From the IMG/VR virus record IMGVR_UViG_3300048998_000075, positions 1 to 44,518 of that record: a stretch of DNA of 44,518 nt. One strand, 5' to 3'. The notes below the pieces were generated by a model. It ran no database searches. It had not been told where the DNA came from and saw only the letters and a list, made by a program, of their open reading frames with translations. The position numbers were made by a program, and so were the translations under genes. Positions 9,438-16,960 of the stretch are shown here, in pieces (the stretch's first letter is position 1; each line of letters begins with the position of its first letter). Source of the DNA: a virus (lineage: Duplodnaviria > Caudoviricetes).

Positions 9438-9680
9438 CTAGGACGGCGGGTAGTCGGGGACGGTCCAGTCACGGGGCAGCGACAGCAACGCCCGGCAGTT
9501 AGTGCAGAACCGGTCACCCGGAGCGGAGTGTTGGCGGCATGAGCCGCAGATCCCCGCGTCACACTCCACACAAGCGAACGTGGAGATCAGCCTGCCGCCG
9601 ACGTTGGGGAACCAGGTGCGGAGCGTGTCCTGCCCGCAGTTATGGCAGCGGCCGAACACCGGCTCGTATTGGGGTTCCAT
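9438..9680 (-). CDS. zinc-ribbon protein
   Basis: Four CxxC pairs (CHNC, CVEC, CGSC, CTNC). Confidence 0.65.
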   Translation of the reverse strand: MEPQYEPVFGRCHNCGQDTLRTWFPNVGGRLISTFACVECDAGICGSCRQHSAPGDRFCTNCRALLSLPRDWTVPDYPPS

Positions 9681-9681
9681 G

Positions 9682-9861
9682 TCACGCCGTGAACCCGAAA
9701 CGCGACTCGTCCGGCTCATAACCCGACTCGTCTTCCGCGAGGTCAGCGATCGTGAGATCCGCCGAAGCCAGGTTGACCACGAGCCCATTAGCGGACTCCT
9801 CAGCGTCGTCCCCTGTGGCGATCAGGAGCCTGCGGTGACGGGTTTGGATCGTGAGCCGCAT
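9682..9861 (-). CDS. small acidic hypothetical protein (not in ORF track)
   Basis: MRLTIQTRHRRLLIATGDD...DESRFGFTA, 59 aa; fills the gap and abuts the next start. Confidence 0.6.
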   Translation of the reverse strand: MRLTIQTRHRRLLIATGDDAEESANGLVVNLASADLTIADLAEDESGYEPDESRFGFTA

Positions 9862-9911
9862 GACGCTTCACCCGCTCTTGGCGATGCTCTGGGCAGTGGA
9901 CGTACTGGGGA

Positions 9912-10805
9912 TCAGGCGGCGGCGGCTTTGTGCAGCGAATCGCCGATAGCCGCACGCAGCGCCTCGATGGTCGAGTTGTTCCACACGTGCCAGTCGAAGT
10001 CGTAGCCATCCAGCGCCGTCTCTGACGGGTGCCCGTTGATCGGGCCGCAACCGGGCCGGGCGACACGCCACACCTCGCCGCCAGTGGCGCGGATCGCAGC
10101 CGCCTCATTCGGGAACCGGCAGTCAGCGAACACAACCTTCCCGCCGTCCGGGATGGCCTTGAACGCGAGATCCACCCACACGTTGTCGCCGAAGAACTTC
10201 CGACCCACCTCAGTGCCGAGGCGTTGCAGCAACTCCCGGACCATCGGGTACTCGTCCTTGGCGTGCTCCCAGTCGGACGGCTCGTGAACGATCTGCGAGA
10301 TACGCCAGTTGGGGCGGTCAGCGGCCAGCGGATCGAGCGCGAGCAGCGCTTCCTTCAAAGCGGCAGCAAACGACGCCTGCTGATACCCGTGGTCGAGCAG
10401 GATGCCCGCCACAGTGTCTTTCCCTGCCCGCGCGTACCCAGACAGGCCGATCGCCCGGACACGCGGCACAAGCAGCTCGCCGTCGATGCACATGATCGGC
10501 ATACCGAGCCGGGACGCGATATCCACCTCAAGGGTGGCGCCGCGCGAACTCTGCCATTCGGGCAGCACGCACAGCGCGTCACACGTCGAGAGGCGACGAA
10601 GGTCACGCCGCATGTAGTCAGCCCAAGACAGGACGTTCTCGTTGGCGTGCGCGGCCATGACCGCTTCACCGAGTGTCGCGCCGTCGTTCTCGGCGGGGTT
10701 CTCCACCTCGTGACCGAGCATCCGCAGCAGCGCCGACGTCTTGAAGAACGCCGGGAAGTTGAAATCCTCGCGGCCCGTCATCGGACCAGCTACGTAGATC
10801 CTCAC
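9912..10805 (-). CDS. DUF4406 (nucleoside deoxyribosyltransferase-like) domain fused to deoxynucleoside monophosphate kinase
   Basis: N-terminal IYVAGPMTG..FNFPAF..CDA..W..SRGATLE; C-terminal P-loop GLSGYARAGKDT, RELLQRLGTEVGR, DCRFPNE, HPSE. Confidence 0.88.
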   Translation of the reverse strand: MRIYVAGPMTGREDFNFPAFFKTSALLRMLGHEVENPAENDGATLGEAVMAAHANENVLSWADYMRRDLRRLSTCDALCVLPEWQSSRGATLEVDIASRLGMPIMCIDGELLVPRVRAIGLSGYARAGKDTVAGILLDHGYQQASFAAALKEALLALDPLAADRPNWRISQIVHEPSDWEHAKDEYPMVRELLQRLGTEVGRKFFGDNVWVDLAFKAIPDGGKVVFADCRFPNEAAAIRATGGEVWRVARPGCGPINGHPSETALDGYDFDWHVWNNSTIEALRAAIGDSLHKAAAA

Positions 10806-11593
10806 TGGTCCTTGACCCCCCTCGTGCGTGCGACACGTCGGACGTGGCCGGCAGCGACAGTCGCGCCGCAGTTGTTGCACCTGTACGCCGCGTACTCGAG
10901 GACGTTGGCGCGGTAGTTCTTCGGCTGCGGTGTCAGATCAGCGGAGGCGCACCGGTTGCACGTGACCGTGTTCAGCGTCGACATGTGGGGGTGGTTCGTG
11001 ATCCACGGCCGCAGCGCATCGTAGGCAGCTTCGGTGATACGGACATCTCCGCGGTTGTAGCGGGTCATGAGGCGTTGCGCTGTCACGTCGCCAGCCATGC
11101 ACCGTTCAGCCGTCGCCGGGTCGTAGTGGCCGGACTTGCCGGGCAGTCCGAGCCTGTCGCACAGGTGTTGCAGCGACTTCGACTCGAACCCGAACGTCGA
11201 CCGGTTCACCGCGAACAGGTCGACGTTCTTCCACGGCGACGGCGGCGGTAGCCCGGCCATCAGCCACTCTGATTTGAGGTGCCGGTTGTCGAAACGGATC
11301 TGGTTGTAGCCGACCACGATGTCGGCCTCGTCGTACAGCTCCCACGCCCGGCGAACCATCAGCTCCGGGTCGTCCCACGCGGACAGGAACTCGATCGGCT
11401 TCCGCTTCCCGTACCACTTCGCCGCGAAACACAGCAGCGACGGCAGGCGCGTCCACTTGTAGACGGGGATGTAGCCGGAGGTGCGCTGGTCGAAGATCGG
11501 CACCATGCCGGGGAGACGTTCAATGTCGAGGATCAGTACGCGGGCGGTGGCGGCGGACGTGATCCGCTTGTCTGCGTCCGCGAACCTAGCCAT
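10802..11593 (-). CDS. DnaQ/RNase H-like 3'-5' exonuclease with C-terminal Zn ribbon
   Basis: LDIE, VGYNQIRFD, YNRGDV catalytic motifs; CNRC...CNNC. Confidence 0.85.
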   Translation of the reverse strand: MARFADADKRITSAATARVLILDIERLPGMVPIFDQRTSGYIPVYKWTRLPSLLCFAAKWYGKRKPIEFLSAWDDPELMVRRAWELYDEADIVVGYNQIRFDNRHLKSEWLMAGLPPPSPWKNVDLFAVNRSTFGFESKSLQHLCDRLGLPGKSGHYDPATAERCMAGDVTAQRLMTRYNRGDVRITEAAYDALRPWITNHPHMSTLNTVTCNRCASADLTPQPKNYRANVLEYAAYRCNNCGATVAAGHVRRVARTRGVKDQ

Positions 11594-11816
11594 GGTTCGC
11601 GGTGTGGCTGTTGATCGCTGACTTCCCCAGCGTCACGTCTAGCGCCTCTTTCAGCACCCGTGACATGTGCGGCGCGCTCCGAATGGCGAGGAGTTGGCGC
11701 AGCTCGTCGCGGTCGGCTTTGGGGACATCGGGGTCGGCGAGGATGCGGCAGAGCGTGCACTGCGCCGGGGGGTTGGCTGCTGTGACGGCTTGGTCTGCTT
11801 CTGCGAAACGGGACAC
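11586..11816 (-). CDS. hypothetical protein (CxxC...H, possible Zn/DNA binding)
   Basis: CTLC...SAINSH; overlaps the exonuclease start. Confidence 0.7.
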   Translation of the reverse strand: MSRFAEADQAVTAANPPAQCTLCRILADPDVPKADRDELRQLLAIRSAPHMSRVLKEALDVTLGKSAINSHTANHG

Positions 11817-11873
11817 TTGCACCGCCCTACAGGGTGCGCGCCAGGGGAGGCGCTAGGAAGTTCGGGAAACGTA

Positions 11874-11902
11874 TTGACGTATCGCTGTAACCGATATATG
11901 TT
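11874..11902 (+). promoter_or_regulatory. SigA-type leaderless promoter with palindromic spacer
   Basis: TTGACG-17 bp-TATGTT-6 bp-ATG; spacer is TATCG-N7-CGATA. Confidence 0.75.
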
Positions 11903-11908
11903 TCAGCC

Positions 11909-12109
11909 ATGACAGAGACCTACACGGCGATCAGTAGCGATGGCCGCAGCTACACCACAACCACCGTCACCGACGAGCAGCAGGCCGAGTTCTTCGCCAA
12001 CATCGAGACCGTCTTCACCGAGGGCGTCGAGCGGTTCGGGTCGCTGGCCGCGTTGCAGAACGCCATGGAGGCGTACAACGCGCTCAACCGTTTGGAGCGT
12101 GCGGCGTGA
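11909..12109 (+). CDS. small acidic hypothetical protein
   Basis: First gene after the leaderless promoter; overlaps the next gene. Confidence 0.75.
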   Translation: MTETYTAISSDGRSYTTTTVTDEQQAEFFANIETVFTEGVERFGSLAALQNAMEAYNALNRLERAA

Positions 12110-12315
12110 TGACCGCCGGGCTCTACACGTTCGCGTGCAACCGTTGCAGCACCACGGCCAGCGATACCTCACGAACGGGTGTCGAACTGTTCACCGACCA
12201 CCACTTCCGGACGGTGCACCCGTTGTTCGCTGCCACCGAGCCCCCGCAGGTACCGAACCTCATGTCACGGACGCCTCGCCTGCGGCGCTTGGTTCGACGT
12301 CGGCGCAATGCCTAG
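12106..12315 (+). CDS. hypothetical protein (CxxC...H...H)
   Basis: Translationally coupled ORF. Confidence 0.65.
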   Translation: MMTAGLYTFACNRCSTTASDTSRTGVELFTDHHFRTVHPLFAATEPPQVPNLMSRTPRLRRLVRRRRNA

Positions 12316-12475
12316 GCCGAACCGTGATCGGGTGATGGTGTCGTTCTACCTCGCCCGGTCCGGGAAAGCCGCTATCGAGAAGCTGGCCGCATGGAGGAAG
12401 GCGACGAAGGCGGACACGATGCGGACCATGCTCGCCTACGCACAGCGGTTCATGCCGCCCGACTGGAAGCCGTAG
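12308..12475 (+). CDS. ribbon-helix-helix DNA-binding protein
   Basis: MPRP..RVMVSFYL (beta ribbon), helix, TKADTMRTML pattern. Confidence 0.75.
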   Translation: MPRPNRDRVMVSFYLARSGKAAIEKLAAWRKATKADTMRTMLAYAQRFMPPDWKP

Positions 12476-12683
12476 CCGCCAGCATTCCCCGGATGCGCGA
12501 CCGGAGGACGCATATCGGAATATGCAACCCGATCGAGGGGGCGCATACCGGAATATGCATCCCGCCCGTTACGTCCGCGCCATTCAGTGGGTGCGCCGGA
12601 CAGTTGGAACGGTGCGGGATGACGTTGGAGCCCGCCATGGGCCGCTCGCAGCGGCGAAAGGGTTGTGTGCGGGCTGGCATGAG

Positions 12684-12714
12684 AAAAGCCGCGCCCCGAC
12701 GAGGGGAGCGGCTT
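12684..12714 (-). terminator. intrinsic terminator just downstream of the putative late promoter
   Basis: AAGCCGCTCCCC-loop-GGGGCGCGGCTT followed by TTCT on the minus strand. Confidence 0.6.
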
Positions 12715-12746
12715 CGTGGTCCGGGCATGGAGCATCGGACGCCCTC

Positions 12747-12791
12747 ATTTTGGGCGCATCAGTGATCGAATGTCAAACGGTCGGCGTGTCG
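12747..12791 (-). promoter_or_regulatory. putative late promoter
   Basis: TTGACA-18 bp-CAAAAT with upstream CGACACGCC; sits at the end of the early operon facing the late genes. Confidence 0.55.
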
Positions 12792-12890
12792 TGCCTAGCG
12801 TCGCGCCTGCGTGTGCCCGCAGCGGATGCAGTAGTCGCGCCTCCGGAACGGCATCCCGGACAAGCAGTGACCGACAATGCGGCAGACCAG

Positions 12891-13022
12891 CTAGGCATCG
12901 TCGGGCGGCTTCGGTGCGTGCGGGGTCCGCTTGCCCTCGATGGTGGTGATGGTGGCGTACGCCCGAGTCTTCGGCCGTATCATCCGATACGGCGGAAGGA
13001 AGCGGCGCAGTCGCTTCAACAT
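12891..13022 (-). CDS. small basic hypothetical protein
   Basis: Coupled TGATG overlap with the upstream gene. Confidence 0.5.
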   Translation of the reverse strand: MLKRLRRFLPPYRMIRPKTRAYATITTIEGKRTPHAPKPPDDA

Positions 13023-13225
13023 CAAACCCCCCTTCCGCAGCACAGCGCGTGTGTCGCGGTGTCGCCGTCCGTGATGACTTCCCCGCAGGCGCACCATGTG
13101 CGATCCATCAACGGGTTGTAGGTCGTTCCGGGGTGCCCCCGTTCGACGCACCACGCCCGGTGAACACTCACCGGGCGGACGGGCGCGAGCGGCAGTGTCG
13201 CGGTTTCCCATTCGGTCTTAGCCAT
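13022..13225 (-). CDS. hypothetical protein
   Basis: Coupled ORF, Cys/His-rich. Confidence 0.6.
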   Translation of the reverse strand: MAKTEWETATLPLAPVRPVSVHRAWCVERGHPGTTYNPLMDRTWCACGEVITDGDTATHALCCGRGV

Positions 13226-13970
13226 GCCACTTCACGTCCTGCTCTGTGGAGCGCAGCAGTGCGCGCAAGTCGGCGCACTCTTTCCGGGTCGCATCTAGTT
13301 CGAGTCGGCGCACAACATCGAGCGCCCATACCGCGTCGGACTCGTCAAGGCGAATCTGGAGAGCTGCCCTCAGAATGTCGTCCGCGTCGCAGCCGGTCAC
13401 AGCGGCGGATTCGGGTAATACCGCAGTTTCCGCTGTCATGGGTAGAGCCGGACCGTCGCAGTGGCGGTATGAACCGACTACCGGATGGCCGTGGAAGTGC
13501 GCTCCCGGCCTTCCGTGCTCGCACAGCGGCTCGTCTGGGTCGCACGGCGTGGGCGAGTGGCAGGCGTTCGACGATGCGCGGTGCGTCCATGTGCGGAAGA
13601 TCGGCTCGGAGCAGTTCGCGCACGTCGCCTGTCGGCGCTCGTCTGGGGTTTCTCCTACAGGCTCGACGGGTAGAGCCTGATCGCAGCCGCACCGCTCCTG
13701 CTCGGGCTCACCGGGCGACACGGGGTAGGCCGCAGGGCCAGTGTTGACCGGCGCGTAGAACGTGACAGGCACTGGGATCGGGCTGTACTCCACCGGGACG
13801 GGATACGCCGGGTCGTAGCCGATCAGCGGCATGGACCCGATGTGGATCATCACGCCTGGGTTCTCCTCCAGCCACTGATTAATGAACGCGTCGACCTGCT
13901 CCTTCGGAACCACGTAGCTAAGCTCGCTCGGTGCGCGATTCTGCACCACGCGAACGACGTACATTGTCAT
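13218..13970 (-). CDS. mosaic hypothetical protein
   Basis: ORF with RBS; carries repeats shared with 16957-18012. Confidence 0.65.
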   Translation of the reverse strand: MTMYVVRVVQNRAPSELSYVVPKEQVDAFINQWLEENPGVMIHIGSMPLIGYDPAYPVPVEYSPIPVPVTFYAPVNTGPAAYPVSPGEPEQERCGCDQALPVEPVGETPDERRQATCANCSEPIFRTWTHRASSNACHSPTPCDPDEPLCEHGRPGAHFHGHPVVGSYRHCDGPALPMTAETAVLPESAAVTGCDADDILRAALQIRLDESDAVWALDVVRRLELDATRKECADLRALLRSTEQDVKWHG

Positions 13971-14031
13971 ATCTGCCTCATCTCATCCGCCCATGACGAC
14001 GCCGCCGGCCCCATCTGTCCGGCGTCCACGA

Positions 14032-14691
14032 TCACGCCGTCATCTTGTCTGTGTTCCTGCGGGTGTCGAGAAGGATCGCCGTAAGGTCCGGGCCAGTCAG
14101 CACCGACCCGCAGAACCCGCAAACGATCGAATCGATCCGGCCGTCCGCTGAGTGGACGATCAACGCAGGCTGCCGCGTCTCCGACCCGTCATCGCCGAAG
14201 ACGGGCACCGACGTGGACGAACACACCCGGCACGCCGCATTGTGCATCCGCCACGTGCGATCCGGGTCCGACGCGATCGTCGCAACGATCCGGGCACACC
14301 ACGACTGCACCAGCCGCGCGCACCTGTCGATCCGCTGCCCGTCCCCCTCAGTGTTGATCGCGCTCACGAGCTGCCGCAGATCCAGCGGCGTGTCGTGCCT
14401 CCGTTTGATGCCCCGATCCAGGCAGCCGTCACGGACATGCTCAGCGATCTCAATCAGCAACGACAACGCGGCAGCGTCCAACGGTGGTTTGGAGCCGAAC
14501 GCCGAGCCGGTTTTCTGGCCGGCGCCCGACTCCATCGCATCCACCAACTGGGCGAACAGTGACGGTAACGGGTGGCGTTCGGTGTGGCCGTCGTCCCGCA
14601 CCAGCCGCGTCGAACCGGGCTGCGTCAAGCGGTCGGCTGCGTCCCACAGGTCGCGTGGGGTGGCTGGCTCGCGGTCCTCGTTGGCGGTCAC
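14032..14691 (-). CDS. hypothetical protein with C-terminal Zn finger, possible late transcription regulator
   Basis: PSLFAQL..SKPPLD..ALSLL, CRVC...CGFC; near the end of the early operon. Confidence 0.6.
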   Translation of the reverse strand: MTANEDREPATPRDLWDAADRLTQPGSTRLVRDDGHTERHPLPSLFAQLVDAMESGAGQKTGSAFGSKPPLDAAALSLLIEIAEHVRDGCLDRGIKRRHDTPLDLRQLVSAINTEGDGQRIDRCARLVQSWCARIVATIASDPDRTWRMHNAACRVCSSTSVPVFGDDGSETRQPALIVHSADGRIDSIVCGFCGSVLTGPDLTAILLDTRRNTDKMTA

Positions 14692-14933
14692 GCGACACCC
14701 ACGATCCAGACGGGCTGCACCGACGCATCGTCGGGGCGGGCTGCGGCGTCGGCTCGCCACCATGCGCAGCAGTCCTCGCATAGTGGGAGTTCGTTGCCGA
14801 TGGGGACGCGCATGACGTACCGCGCGGCGGGTGCCTCGCCGGGGTTGTGCAGGACGCACACGCCAGCCGCCCGAATCCTGTCGTTCACCTGGGCCACGTG
14901 GGCGGCGTGCATCTCGGTCAGGTTGGCGGTCAC
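14688..14933 (-). CDS. hypothetical protein
   Basis: 4-bp overlaps with both neighbours. Confidence 0.6.
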   Translation of the reverse strand: MTANLTEMHAAHVAQVNDRIRAAGVCVLHNPGEAPAARYVMRVPIGNELPLCEDCCAWWRADAAARPDDASVQPVWIVGVA

Positions 14934-15244
14934 ACGGACTCCCCAAATAGGTCGCCCTGCTCAACACGAACGACCGGCATGAACGCTTCCAGCGCGTCAG
15001 GTAGCCGCGCCGAACCCATCTCGTGCAGCTCGCTGCAACCGCAAGGGTCACTCGCAGTGCATGTGCAGAACACGCCCGGATCGCCGCAATGGCCGCAGTG
15101 CCCGGTCTCGCGGTACCAGCAGATCTCCTTCTCGGCCTGCGCCTTGCGTGCCTCCGTCTTGGCGGCGGCATCGCAGCGGCGGCAAGTCTGCGGCAGCCCC
15201 GTGAAGAAGGACCAGCGGGCGCACTGGCGGCACGCGTTGCTCAT
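14930..15244 (-). CDS. Cys-rich hypothetical protein
   Basis: 4-bp overlaps. Confidence 0.6.
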   Translation of the reverse strand: MSNACRQCARWSFFTGLPQTCRRCDAAAKTEARKAQAEKEICWYRETGHCGHCGDPGVFCTCTASDPCGCSELHEMGSARLPDALEAFMPVVRVEQGDLFGESV

Positions 15245-15477
15245 GCGGTTCTCCTTGAGGTGATGTCACAGGCACCGACAGCGGCGGCGAGAGCGGTGTG
15301 GCGTTGCGTCTGCGCAGCAACCGTCCACACACGCGCACGCCAGCAGCGGCCGCAGACGATGACGTACGGGGACGCTTCCTTGTCGGTCAACGGTGTGGGG
15401 ACGGACCGCCAGGTGCAGTCCCCGCCGCAGACAGGGCACGGTGCGGTGAACTCGACGGTGGGCACGGGGGCGGTCAC
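15241..15477 (-). CDS. hypothetical protein (CxxC pairs)
   Basis: 4-bp overlaps. Confidence 0.55.
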   Translation of the reverse strand: MTAPVPTVEFTAPCPVCGGDCTWRSVPTPLTDKEASPYVIVCGRCWRARVWTVAAQTQRHTALAAAVGACDITSRRTA

Positions 15478-15737
15478 CGCTCGTCCGCGATCCAGCGCGC
15501 TAGCGGAGCGAACGCGCGCATCCAACTCGTGTCGTACCACCTACCCGCATGGGATTGCCCGTCGTAGTACGGGGTCGGCAGCCACACCTCGATCAGCGGA
15601 TAGCTGTACCGCCCCAGCGCGATCTTGCAGTTCGGGTGATCCATGGGCTGCTCTGGCGGCACCGTCGCCGCGCATTCCTCGTCAAGCTCCAGCGGCGGGT
15701 TGTGTGACAGACAGATGCGGCGGTAGGTGCTGCTCAC
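15474..15737 (-). CDS. hypothetical protein
   Basis: CLSHNPPL...HPNCKIALGRYSYPLIEV; 4-bp overlaps. Confidence 0.6.
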   Translation of the reverse strand: MSSTYRRICLSHNPPLELDEECAATVPPEQPMDHPNCKIALGRYSYPLIEVWLPTPYYDGQSHAGRWYDTSWMRAFAPLARWIADER

Positions 15738-16024
15738 TGGGGCGCTCCAATGTCGTCGGCTCCGCGAGCGATACGGGCGCACTCGTCGATCGCCGCGTTG
15801 TATGCCTCGTCGTCGGGCTCGCCCGTGTCGTCCGTGAGCCGCTCCGCCTCGATCTCTGCTGCGATCTTGTCCCGTACCTGCCGCTCAATGAACGGCAACG
15901 CAGCAGCAAGAGCCGCACGGATGTCGCTGCACTCCTGCCAGCAGTCCCCGATGTCCTCGTGCGTGCATTTCGCCGCTGCCGCCTTTTCTGCTGCGTCGAT
16001 CGCTGCTTCGCTGATCTCGTTCAC
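15734..16024 (-). CDS. acidic hypothetical protein
   Basis: 4-bp overlaps; flanked by a 17-bp direct repeat. Confidence 0.6.
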   Translation of the reverse strand: MNEISEAAIDAAEKAAAAKCTHEDIGDCWQECSDIRAALAAALPFIERQVRDKIAAEIEAERLTDDTGEPDDEAYNAAIDECARIARGADDIGAPQ

Positions 16025-16485
16025 TGGGGCGCTCCAAGGTCGGTGATGTGAAGCCACACCCGTGCGGGCTTGGCTACAGGCTCGATGACACAACCCAGCT
16101 CCACATGCGCCGTGTCGTCATCCGCGACTAGGCCGTAGTCGACTAAGCCGTCGACCAGCGGCTTGAGCGTGCACGTGGCTGAGAACTGGTCGCGGTTGCG
16201 GCGCACCGCGGGCTGCCAACGCAGCACGATGCGGACCCGCTGCAACCCTCGGGGCAGTTTCCGGCTCACCGCGCAGATGTGGGCGTCGCGGCGCAACTCG
16301 CGGGTGATCTTGCTTTTCTTCGCCCAGTGCATCCGGTCGTTGTCTCGCAGCGGTGGCGCGTCGTACGGCAGGCGCAGTAGCCATTCGCGGGGCTGAGTTG
16401 CCCCAGGCTGATCTGCCCTACCAGGGACACTCGGGGGGGTGTGATCGTCAGCCGGCGACCCAACAGGGCCGGTCCGCGGCGTCAT
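16021..16485 (-). CDS. RusA-like Holliday junction resolvase
   Basis: NDRMHW...RRNRD...LKPLVDGLVDYGLVADDD. Confidence 0.75.
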   Translation of the reverse strand: MTPRTGPVGSPADDHTPPSVPGRADQPGATQPREWLLRLPYDAPPLRDNDRMHWAKKSKITRELRRDAHICAVSRKLPRGLQRVRIVLRWQPAVRRNRDQFSATCTLKPLVDGLVDYGLVADDDTAHVELGCVIEPVAKPARVWLHITDLGAPQ

Positions 16486-16688
16486 CGCAGCGCCTTGTCG
16501 TCCGGGTGGCACACGTCGCAGGTACAGCCGTCGCGGTGGTCTTCGGCGCGGTCGGTCCACGACACGTCCTCGGTCGCGTCGTAGTGGGCATAGCGGTGAC
16601 CGGCCTGCTCAGTGCAGCGGTGATCCCAGTCGCCGCGCGCCCAACACTCGCCCACGCGGCGGGTAGACCGAGTCGTCTCGTGGCTCAT
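16482..16688 (-). CDS. hypothetical protein
   Basis: 4-bp overlaps. Confidence 0.6.
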   Translation of the reverse strand: MSHETTRSTRRVGECWARGDWDHRCTEQAGHRYAHYDATEDVSWTDRAEDHRDGCTCDVCHPDDKALR

Positions 16689-16960
16689 CGGGTCTCTCCG
16701 GGTGTCTCGCAGCTACCCGAAACGGTGGAGCGCAGGCGCGCGACGTTCTCGGCGCCGCGCGCGCTGACAAGCTCGCCGACGTGCTGCACCGGAGAGAGTG
16801 CGTCGAATGACCACGTGCCGTCGTCGAGCTTCCAGACGACGAGTTGCAACCCGCGATACGTCGGATGGTCGCTTCGGCCGATGAACGTGCCCCGTCGACC
16901 GCCGATGTCGATCACGTCGCCGCCGACAAGATCCTGCACTTTGATTGGCGACCCACTCAC
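16685..16960 (-). CDS. hypothetical protein
   Basis: 4-bp overlaps. Confidence 0.65.
   Translation of the reverse strand: MSGSPIKVQDLVGGDVIDIGGRRGTFIGRSDHPTYRGLQLVVWKLDDGTWSFDALSPVQHVGELVSARGAENVARLRSTVSGSCETPGETR

Noticed and set aside
12626-12675. tRNA-like stem ending in CCA on the minus strand
   Set aside because: No D arm, anticodon arm or TTC loop; retained only as part of the structured RNA finding
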